Positions 53,711 through 64,000 of a DNA stretch of 64,000 bases are shown one piece after another. Position 1 is the stretch's first letter; the number at the start of each line of letters is the position of its first letter. The notes beneath the pieces are model-generated. The model was not told where the DNA came from. It ran no database searches and was given only the letters and a program-made list of their open reading frames with translations. This DNA is from Haliotis cracherodii (taxonomy: Eukaryota). The position numbers and the translations under genes are program-made. The stretch is taken from positions 26,536,001 to 26,600,000 of the forward strand of contig NW_027266273.1 of the NCBI RefSeq assembly GCF_022045235.1, given 5' to 3'.

Positions 53711-53869
53711 TATTGGCATATTTAATCATTGCTCTCAACATTATGTCACGACCACCATGTCCAGTTGAAACGTGGCCTCTCTTACTGATGGCAAACATAT
53801 CGTCGATATGTGGGAAGTATATGAGTTCTTCAGCCCTTTCGTTGCGTTTACGAATTAACTTTTAGCTGG

Positions 53870-54480
53870 TTTTCGCCTCTTTAGGGATCAGTCTTTTTAA
53901 CCGACAGTTTACCCTTGCAACCCCAACATCACATTCTTCTCATTTCTGCTCCATATAAATGATAACACAGCGCAGTACATAGACACGGGGCATGTAAGAC
54001 ACCCTGTTAATATTTTGTATTATGTGTTCAGACAAGTAAAAGGACGAAAGTTTTGAGATCAGTCAAATCACCTTTCTTTGGGAGAGGTATTGTTCGACCT
54101 TTGCACAACAAAGGTGGAACATCCCCTGTTTCCCCAAGAGAATTACATCAGTAATATAATGGTGCTTGGACACAAGGGAGGAGTTTCCAATACCGTTTTC
54201 AAGTACCATCAGACCCTGGTGGCTTATTAGATTTGGACTTTTTTATGACATTGTTCATGCACTCAGGTGTAATGAAACACAACAATGGTGACCGTATTTT
54301 GTCATGTACAATATCATTGAAATACTCTACCCATGCTTCTTGATGTTACAGTTACCTGGCATTGACCATAAATGTTTCCAAAACTTTTCACTGGAATCCA
54401 GCTGCCTGTAAAACTGTTTTTCATTAGTTTCGAACAGTTTATTTTGATTTATGAAATTCTTTTTCTTTTTCTAGTACTTG
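53870..54480 (-). mobile_element. R4/Dong-clade RT relic, paralog of the 37400-38250 element
   Basis: KPPGSDG, WKLLP, GRTIPLPKKGD, FRPFTCLNT.YKILTG read across frameshifts. Confidence 0.7.
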
Positions 54481-55658
54481 TATAATGAGGGGTTGGTTGT
54501 ATTTTTGGCATGTACCAAAATGTGGGAACTTGAAGGAGACAGTGCAGCATCCTCCCCATATGTCGCCTTTGATCTATAGTAACTGTGACATCCATGATTG
54601 GATTTAGTGAACGTTTTTCACAAGAATAGAGTCTTCCTTTCAACGAAGTATCATCCCCTCTCGAGTTTTCACGCGTTTTCGGAGGGGTAACGGCGGGTAA
54701 TGTGGTCGACTGTTCATAGCATTTAATCAAATTTAGGCATCTTGTCGACAGAAAAGACAACTCATGTGTGCCTTAAACAGTATAATATAAGGTCTAGAGC
54801 GACACCACGCGAACTGATGCCAGAATGGTTCAGGGGGTTAGTTGTTGAAGCGATGATTTGACATAAGCATTGATACCAACGACCGTGAACTAGACATAAA
54901 CATTCCATAACGTCATTAACGAAGAATGGCTAGAACATAAGTACTTGAATATAAGAAATAAAAGAATGCTACATCATCTACTTGCTGTGGAAGTAAATAA
55001 TGTTTCATAATGCCTTGAATATAAACGGCTACCATGAACACAGGCCCCATTTCCATAACGACAGAACTTAACACCTTGCCTGCTCTATGTGTACATCTGT
55101 TGTCTCGCCTGTCTTGGTCAGATACCACAGGCACAAAGAGGGACATATTAACCAAAACAGATCTAGAGCCACTATCCTCGACATTCTTAAGGCCAATCTT
55201 TGACAACGCGCAAATAACGAATTGGAATGAAAACATACGTAGTTTAACATAACCATTGTGTATACTGTCTGTATTTACTACTTTAGTCATCACACATACC
55301 AATGATGGCTTTCAAAACGTTTTGTGGTAGACGTGCGGAGGACAATTCCTATTCCGGCACATCAATGATAAAAATGATGTCCAAGCAATTCCCTATTTAG
55401 ACTTTACCATATGTTCCTGGATGAGGAAATTTAGTGGTCTCCTATATTCCTAGTTCAGGTGGATAAATCAGTGGCAGTTACATGTAATTGTTTAATCGAC
55501 CACTACTGAGAAAATCGGTATATTCGAATTCGAAGTTAAACTTCCAGGCAAAAAATCTCGTGTACTTTATTCACCAAACCCAGCAGCAGTTAAGATCGAT
55601 ATGCACAAAGAAACATATCAGCAAGGATGTAAACACAAGTGATGCCTATGGAGAGCCT

Positions 55659-58028
55659 TCATCTTGCCTAAATATCCTGTCTGCATGTTCACATATATAC
55701 TATCTATAGGAATGTAGTCCATCATTTCACTTATTCTTTCTCAGTTAACTTCAGATGACATTTATTTTTATTGCTGACAAATTGTCCTAGACTTTTGAAG
55801 ATAGATTTGTAAGTCTATAGTCACCGCGTATGGGTCAGAAGTCAAGCCAAATCAATATTATGGATGTACATGTGCATTGCTGTTTGATGTATGGTAGGTT
55901 TTTTGTGGGGTTAAAATATATTTCTCCGTAAAGATGAAATACCACGAAATAAGAAATTATTTGTTTGTTATTTGTAATGTATTTGTGAATTTGTTGGCTT
56001 TTCAATGTGTTTATGAACGAAGCTTTTAGCTGTTATATAGATAAATCTATTCATATGTTGGGTTGGGTTTTGTTAACGACTTAACTGAATAAGTAAAGTT
56101 TGATGTCAACTATCACAATGTCATAATCATTTATATATCCATAGATGCGTCCATAAAATCTTCACAGTAGCACCGTACTTACGTAGTCCTCGACACAGAC
56201 TCTGATCAGGGCCATCGCGCGTCCTGACGATTGGCTTGGTAAAGTGGTAGGAGATGGTTAGGCGACACAAAGTTGATCCATGGTGTCACTTGTCGCAAGT
56301 GCTTCCTGTTGATGTTGGTGACTACATAATTTCATAGGTTTTACGTTACAATCGATGCTGAATCCAACTCACTGATTGGTTTCAAAAAAGATATTTGTCG
56401 GGATAGTTGTTTGATCATCACTACTTCAGTTGACACCATGTAATCCATTACAAAGTAGTGAAGGGTGGAGAATGTGCGTTTAATATATATAGTCAATACA
56501 ATAATCTGCAATAATTCTTATTTCTATTGTTGTTGTTTGTTTGTTGTTTTACGCCGCACTCAGCAATATTCCAGCTTTATGACGGCGGTCAGTAAATAAT
56601 CGAGTCTGGACCAGACAGTCCATTGACAGATGTCATGAGCATCGATCCCCGCAATTGGGATCGATAACATACTTCAACCAAGTCTGACCACCCGATCTCG
56701 TTAGTCGCCTCCTACGACAAGCATAGTCGCCTCATTACGGCAAGCATGGGTTGCTGAAGACCTATTCTACCCCTGGTCTTCACGGGTCAAGTTGTAAAGG
56801 ATGGAGAATGTACTTTTAATATATTGAGTCAATACAATACTCTGCTGGCCTGGTTTTCTGGAGAATAAGTACTTGCAATTGTTCTTACGCAAAAGTAGTC
56901 AAACAATTTACCTCGCAAACTGACCAAATTCATGTGACGGAACGGACAAGGACGAAAAGTCTGTCAAGCATAGAAACAATACTCCTTCCAGAGGAAACTG
57001 AGATGCGTGGACGCGGAACATTTTGATACGTAAACAGAAGCATATCTTGTACTGTGTTGTAGTTCTGCTAGCAGTTTGGTGATGTGATGTAGATGGTTGT
57101 AACGTTGGGCCATGCCGGCATCCAGAGCGCGTGTGATTGATCACAGTCACGAGGCAGCTGATTCCGATCTTGATAATGGCTTACAGTGGAACAAATACAA
57201 CCGAGCAACACCATCCTCGTGAGATTTATTTGATTTTCCTCAGACTGAAAATGAGTCCTATTTCATTCGATAGATTATCTTATTTTGACTGCCGTTGAAC
57301 AACAAGCTTAAGAGTAAGAGTTCATGACTTCTTGATCCTAATAACAGGTCCGACTGCACCAATCGATTCGATTATGATTGATAAGTACCATTCCCATTCT
57401 CGTGGGTTTCAAAGAAGCTGTAGATGTTATCAGGCCGGCGTCAGTCACGTTCATCCAACAGTGCAGCATGTTGTGACATAGCGGAAATAGCAGAAAATGT
57501 TTAAAGTGAGCGTGAAGCAAATTCACTTACTCACTTATATACTGATAACATGCAGGACCCTGAGGTCTGAGCTTCTAGATGTATGCTTTAACAACTCACT
57601 ATCAATGATAGTATCATGTTTGGAGGCGAGATGCGCATTTATTAGGCACCATATACTGCCGTATGTGATAAAATGTTATGGTATCACAGGTTTTGAGTAG
57701 ATCATATATAAGGAAATGAAAGTGACAAAACCGTTTCCATAATCATAAGGAAGTCTCTCGTAAAAGTCTGTTGCACGATTCCGACATCATCGAAACATGT
57801 GTCTATGAATCGCTATGAAACAGTGATGATGCCAGGTGCTTGTAAATTGTTATAATATTATCTTTTTCTATTTCCCTAGTTTACCTTTTTGAAACATTGA
57901 ATGCGATGTTTCTGTAAATAAATCATATATTTAAAGTTGTCAGACAAATAAATATCATTGTTGTGAAACCAGTTTCGTTACCATGGATATGAAGCCGACA
58001 GAAAATACAGACAGACCAGAACAGTCAT
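55659..58028 (-). CDS. Candidate micro-exon gene (or recent pseudogene) encoding a small Cys-containing protein
   Basis: AG/GT-bounded exons: first exon ending 57982, then 57885-57911, 57535-57574, 57389-57417, 57185-57244, 56912-56960, 56183-56223, 55659-55667; AATAAA 55566-55571. One frame is open throughout: MKHRIQCFKKKLRPQGPACYQYITSLKPTRMGMSEENQINLTRMVLLGCICSTTFRPCPFRHMNLVSLRGRAMALIRVCVEDYAR*. Start and frame of the first exon are uncertain. Confidence 0.45.
56527..56788 (-). mobile_element. Full-length family-B SINE
   Basis: GACCCGTGAAGACCAGGGGTAGAATAGGTCTTCAGCAACCCATGCTTG..GGCGACTAA head; (AAAC)n tail. Confidence 0.88.
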
Positions 58029-58209
58029 CCGTTCTGTGATACTGCTTAAAGTGGATGCAACGGCTAGCTAGAGCTAGTTGAAATATATACCGTCAACGCC
58101 AGAGAATAAACAAACTTGATAAACAAACGAAACAGATTCCATTTTGCGTAAAAGGTAAAGAAATAGTTTGAAAATGATAAGAATGAGTCTTTGAACATCA
58201 GAGATGACA

Positions 58210-58325
58210 CCAGGTGTACTTATGTTATGTATGTATGTTCGCCAGGTGTACTTATGTTATGTATGTATGTTCGCCAGGTGTACTTATATTATGTATGTAT
58301 GTGCGCCAGGTGTATGTATGTATGG
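58210..58325. repeat. 32-bp tandem repeat x~3.5
   Basis: CCAGGTGTA.. recurs at 58210, 58242, 58274 and 58306. Confidence 0.9.
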
Positions 58326-59739
58326 CAACGACCATACAACGACCATTCAACGGCCATGCATCGGCGGACAGTCAAGTGATGGATCAGGAAATCCAGTGAC
58401 ACGATAACGCATTTACTGCAGTTGATGCGACTAAAAACAAAAGTATAGGAATTAATTTCTAATTGCGTCATGTCCTGCAATATGTAAATGACGTGTTTGT
58501 TTGTTTGTTGTTTTTTTAACGCCGGATCCCAAAATAGGACGGCGGTCTGTAAATAATCGGGTTGGCCCAGACAATGACATGGATCAACCAAGTCAGCGAG
58601 CCTGACCACCAGATCCCGTTAGTCTTACGACAAGCATGGGTTGATGAAGAAACAAGTAGTATAGATTTTTATTAGATACAGTTTATTGCCATTGTGTTGC
58701 TGTACGTCCATGTATTCTGGACGGGCGGAACGAGCTGTGTAAACATGGTGCACTGATTTATAGGCCACGCTGCGGTTTATTCCCTTCAGGGGGCTCCACG
58801 TCAGCATTAGTGTACTCCAAGTAAGACATATGTGTAGAGTACTACGTTTCCACGTCACACATACGACTGTGAGACTGAAACGTGATATCAAATGCCTAAT
58901 CAACATAACACATCATTCAGAAAATACTCACACTCCATAAGAATATATAGTACAACAGTGTACTTGTTTTTTTTTTTATTACATGCCATGACCTTGCATG
59001 TCCACGAGGGAAAGTGAATTGTAGTGCAGATATTAACCTCGTGAGCGTTCATAGAAGGGGACAACTGAATGAAAACAGACCCCGTGACTAAGTTCTCTAA
59101 ATCTGATGAGAGATGGAACCATCGCTAAGAATCTCAAGGACACAACGTTTGGTATCAGCGAACAGTTCCCACCTGAGATTGTTGAGAGCTTCTCCATAAG
59201 CTGAAAGAGGGTAAACTCAGATGACTTCAGGCAAGTCACACATTGTACCCATATCGGGAATCGAACCCGGGTTCTTGGCGTGACCGGTAAACGCTTTAGC
59301 CACTAGGCTACCCGACCGCCCCGACTGTATATAAAAAATAGAAGGTGTTCCCCTCGTGAAAATCTGTTTGAAGATGTCGATGTGGGCACTCAGACCTTCG
59401 TATGCCAATGTCCTCGAACATTCCCAAGATAGACAATCACACAAGACGCCAAAAATAGGAGAGGATCGTGACATTACACATATCTAGGTATGCAATGAAC
59501 ATACATGCATGCCTAATACTGTGAATACAATGTAAATATCCAGTTAAATGTTGTGCGTGAAGAATACTGTGATATCTATGTTAGAATTAACAATTGTGTG
59601 GTATCCAACGACAAAATAACATGTGAATCTGGACGTGACATGTGTACATGCAGGTATCGATATACGAAAAGATCAACCTGTGTATGAGACTTCGCCAAAA
59701 GACGCTGTCATATCGGGGCACAGTCATGATTCTCATTTT

Positions 59740-62700
59740 AGACTGAGTTGCTTAAATGCGTGTGGTTTGAAATCTATGTAACTTATTGTTGAATTTACGA
59801 ATTTTATTAGTAACTATGACATGTTATGTTTTGTTGAAACAAAACTAGAGGAATTTGATGGTATTGATATTCCTGGATATGCAATGGGGTTTTTTAAATC
59901 CAGAATTGCGAGTACTGGCAGAAAATCAAACGGTATAGCCGTTGCTGTAAAGCATGAATGCGAAAAGCACTTTAGAGCTGAGCCGAATCCTCGAAATATG
60001 CAAAATGGTTTCTCATTTCCAATGAAATATTAAATGTATCTTGTTATGGAGATGTATCTATTGTTATCTCATATATGCCACCAGAGGTACGCCATATTAC
60101 TCTGACGAAACATTTCCCAAACTACACAATGCAATATCGTGTAAGTTATCACTAGACAGCGACAACAGCATTTAATGCAAGGACATGTACTTTGTCCAAT
60201 TTTATCACAACAGACTGAAGCCCTATCAGAGAGGATGAAAAGCGTAACGATTTTGTTGATTATGAAGGATGTTGAAAGACTAAAATATGCTAACATTTTG
60301 TTAGAAAGGTCAAGTTGGGGAATCCAACCTCACATGATCATAAGCTAGTGGATTTATTAGAACAATAACATACACATTGTCAATAGCCGAGTTGGACATG
60401 GCAAAGGAGATGGTAAAGTTAAATGTAAAGCAGAAAGTTTGGGGGATTATGCTGTTACAGCAGGAACCGCTAATGTTTCCCTGACAATAGTAGATTTTGA
60501 GGTCCTTCATGTTGAACCATTCTTCTCACACATCCACTCACCTATCACAGTAACGCAAGCACAAAACATCGACAAGCCTGTTTCACCCCAAGCGTGAAGA
60601 CCAGCGAACGACAAAAGCCCCCGCCTTAGAAAATGCAATAGGACGCTTGCTACTGAATATGTCGACACTATTGACAAAGAGGTTGTACAATCCATTAAAT
60701 CTGAGCTACTTTGAATACACAACTACTTTGTGCTGATTATTGCTATCAAGTTGATGTTATGACAAAAGTAAATGACAATATAAGTGATGTGCTTCTTCAT
60801 GCTGCTGGCAAAGTGTTCGGATTTGTTTAAAAGTTTAAGAGAAAATCAACAGCACACAAGCGCTCTAAAATCTGGTTGGGTAAACAATGTAAAATCGCCC
60901 TAGATATTTCAGGGCCCCAGTGGCTGAGTGGGTTAAATCGCTGACTTTGTGTGCTTACGATTAGGTGCCTCACTCTGGCAGTGTGGGTTCGAATCCCGGA
61001 TGAGACTCAACCCAAAAGTACTGGAATCCGTACTTTACTGAGAAAGTGTTATCCCAAATATAATGTGGACAGAAATTATTCCTGTTAATTTTGGAAACTT
61101 CTCAAGCAAAGGCGGTCTGACGATGAAAACCTACAAGATAAGTAAATTCTTATTCATCTTTATATTATTCTTGAAATGAAGTTTCGGCAGATGATGACTT
61201 TGATATAGATAATCTACATGAAGTAAACATGGAAGAAAGCACAATACTTAATGCAGCTATAACAAGAGGTGAAATTATAAACAGTATTCAGAATATAAAA
61301 AATAACACAGCTACTGGTCTTGACAATATAATTAATGAATATATTTCAACCAGCATTGATGTCTTTATAGATATTTATATCAAACATGGTTCTCGATACT
61401 GGTACTTTTCCAGACAAATATCTAGTAGGTGTTATCAAACCAATATTTAAGAGTTAAGATGACCCACAAAACCCAGAAAATTGCAGACCTATAGCCCTGC
61501 TGAGCTGTTGGGTAAACTATGTACAGCAGTTTTAAATAACTGTTTGCGAACAATTATCGAAAGGAATTCTTTACTGTCGGAAGGAAGCTCAGGTAGGTTT
61601 CAGAAAGAGGTATTCTCCCAGTGATCACATTTTAGCTCAAACAACCTCATGGAATAAATAAAAGCTAGAAATAAGAAATTATTGTGTGAGTTTGTAGATT
61701 TTCATAAAAAGCATTTGATACAGTTTGGAGATCAGGGCTTTGGCAAAAACTATTACAAAGGAATATATCTGGACACGTTTAAACGTTATTAATAATATGT
61801 ACCAGAATATCAAATTGTGTGTTTCCTGTAATAGTAATTAAATACATTTCTTTTTATGTAATTCGGGAGTAAGAAAAGGAGAAATCTGTCGCCTGTCTTG
61901 TTTGCAATATGTGCACCTGTTGGCCTCGAAGCGACACATGTACATGATTCACGTAAAGGTGTCTAAATGAAACCAGATGAATTTTATGATCGATTAGAAA
62001 AAAACTTATCATAATATTTGTGTTACTGTACGCAGATGATGCAGTGTCATAGGCCACAAATGATATAAAACATATGTTAGACACATTTTATAGCTATTGT
62101 ATACATTGGAGGCTTAAGATTAAGACTACCGAAACTAAAATGTAAATATTTGGTAGATCATAAAACGGTTATGAACATTATTTCCAAATTGTTCATGATG
62201 TTTTGGAAAAGTTGATTCCTATAACTATCTAGGTGTTACCTGTCAAAAGAAATTCAAAATTCACTCAAACAAAGAAAAAGGTTTCACTTAAATGTCAACT
62301 GCGACGTTGTACCATTTCTTCTCTTTGAATGCAAAGTATGGGGATTTGAAAACATGTCACTTCAAGAAGGTGTCCATTTGCGTTTTCTGAAATATTTGTT
62401 TTCATTAAGACAAATTTGATGGTACATGGGGAACTTGGAAGACTACATCTATCTAACATGAGAATGAGAATGATAAGTTTCCTTTCCGGGACATCATCTA
62501 TATTATCCTTTCGTGTATACAAATTATTAATTAATGACGACTTATTTGGAAAATGTAAACATAAATGGATTTCCATATTTCAAACGAAACTTTGACAAGC
62601 TTGGACAAGCTTGGACAAGCTTGGTTTTCTCAAAGTTTCACAAATCCTACTTATCTAAAACATTTAGTCCATGAAATAGTAAATGACGTTTCGTTTTTAA

Positions 62701-63050
62701 TCTACAGTGTTGGACACGTGCAAGAGATAAGTCTTCAAAAGACACAATGTATAGTATCATACAAAATGATGGCCTAAATTTTGAATATCAATTAAACGTA
62801 CCTAAGGAAAACGTTTGGCGAGTCTTAATTAAGTTTAGAACCTGTATCCATAATCTACCTATTGAAATTGGGAAATAGAGAAAAATACCTTTAACCGAAA
62901 GCAAATGTCCACTTTGTATGCTGTCTGAGATAGATGATGAGTTCCATTATCTGTCCATTTTTAGAAAACGAAAGAAACCAATTTTTACACAGATTCTACT
63001 TCATCGAAACCAATATGTATAAAATGAATTTACTTTTCAATATTTACATT
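59740..63050 (+). mobile_element. Degraded RTE-X-like LINE ORF2 (APE and RT), interrupted by a tRNA-type SINE at ~60912-61050
   Basis: LNACGL, LCFVETKL, GRKSNGIAV, YMPP; ITRGEI..KNNTATGLDNI.NEYI, NCRPIALLSC, AFDTVWR, LYADDAV, HNLPIEIG..ERKCPLC..DDEFHYL. Confidence 0.8.
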
Positions 63051-64000
63051 CAAATAGTATCCATAAGCCTTTTAAAATAAATGGAAAGCCGGCACGTTTA
63101 GAAAAACTAGATTTCATTTTGAATATCTTCATTATATAGACCTGTTTGTACTTCAGAACGGAATATACTAATAGCTGAATGAATTGCTGTAGTGCGCTTT
63201 AGATGTTACGATGGTTTTTCCAGTTAGCTATTGTTTAGTGTATAGCTGGGAATATATTTGAATCCACTTCTTGTGTGTACCGATGTAGGGGTATATTTTC
63301 AGATGGTACAAGCCATTACGAGATGCATGTGAAAATATCAAACTGTATTGACAACAGTTACCAAAAGAAGAACAATTTGATAAACAATCGCACTTTATTG
63401 TCCATTTAAACATCTTGTTGGTCTATTTGAACGTCCAAATGCATTTCAATGTATGTTCGATTTTAGCTGCATCTATAAGGGCTGTAAAAACATATATCAA
63501 CAAATTATCAAATTATCAACATTTTCCAAACAACATTTATTGCGATATGTCTAACAGTGTACAATGAAGACTGTATAAATTCAACAAAATCAATAATAGT
63601 TCACGGTTGTACAAACACAATTACTGACAGAATCAATTCAGTTACGTCAACACAATAAACTAATGCAGCTGGTATTTCGACTTTGCGAAAGGATTGACAA
63701 ATTATGTACAGACAATTCTCAATCAGAACGTTTAGATGTGTTTATTCAAACTTTCATTAAAACACATCTGTAAGAAAAGAATGAAATGCCAAACCAATTA
63801 TAATTATCAAAAACTTTGAGGTATTCTTCGTAAGTAGGACCGTTTAGTGCATTTTAAGAAAAGAGTATTACATGTACTGGTACTGTACCGATTGAACTAA
63901 ATTTTGTCTTATCAAATACAGAAATCCACCATAATTCCTCCTTTCACGAATGATGAACTCGCCACACATTAACCCAACACGATCTCGGAAATCATTGTGA

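Larger units (their letters stand above)
47575..53860. repeat. Right arm of the inverted segmental duplication containing copy E
   Basis: Matches the left arm; includes the (CA)n tract 48038-48190 corresponding to (TG)n 36660-36720. Confidence 0.85.

Noticed and set aside
54916-55302. 128-aa ORF with a partial paralog at 43275-43505
   Set aside because: No motif, and length and ends are not conserved; similarity is explained by the segmental duplication.

Overview
AT-rich, intron-containing, repeat-dense animal DNA. The SINE/LINE complement suggests a gastropod mollusc, probably abalone (Haliotis); this is from recognition and is not verified. The main content is largely missed by the ORF track: five paralogous 4-exon genes (A 653-4238 minus, pseudogene; B 9317-11842 minus; C 16427-19144 minus; D 33421-34792 minus; E 50381-52103 plus). 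Each intact copy encodes a 122-143 aa secreted protein: signal peptide, a hypervariable His-rich repeat, then a ~85 aa two-cysteine domain with BRICHOS-like motifs. All five share a GATA-(7 nt)-TATA promoter and phase-0 introns. A, B and C are tandem duplicates. D and E lie in an inverted duplication with patchy near-identity suggesting gene conversion. A second candidate gene made of 27-60 nt micro-exons lies at 55659-58028 (minus), with a truncated paralog at 44056-44575. The rest is transposon debris: a near-full-length Nimb/I-group LINE, Tc1 and mariner elements, DIRS, R4/Dong, RTE-X-like LINEs, a Ginger2/KRBA2-like integrase, a Harbinger-type MITE, several SINE families, two Penelope-type hammerhead ribozyme motifs and minisatellites.
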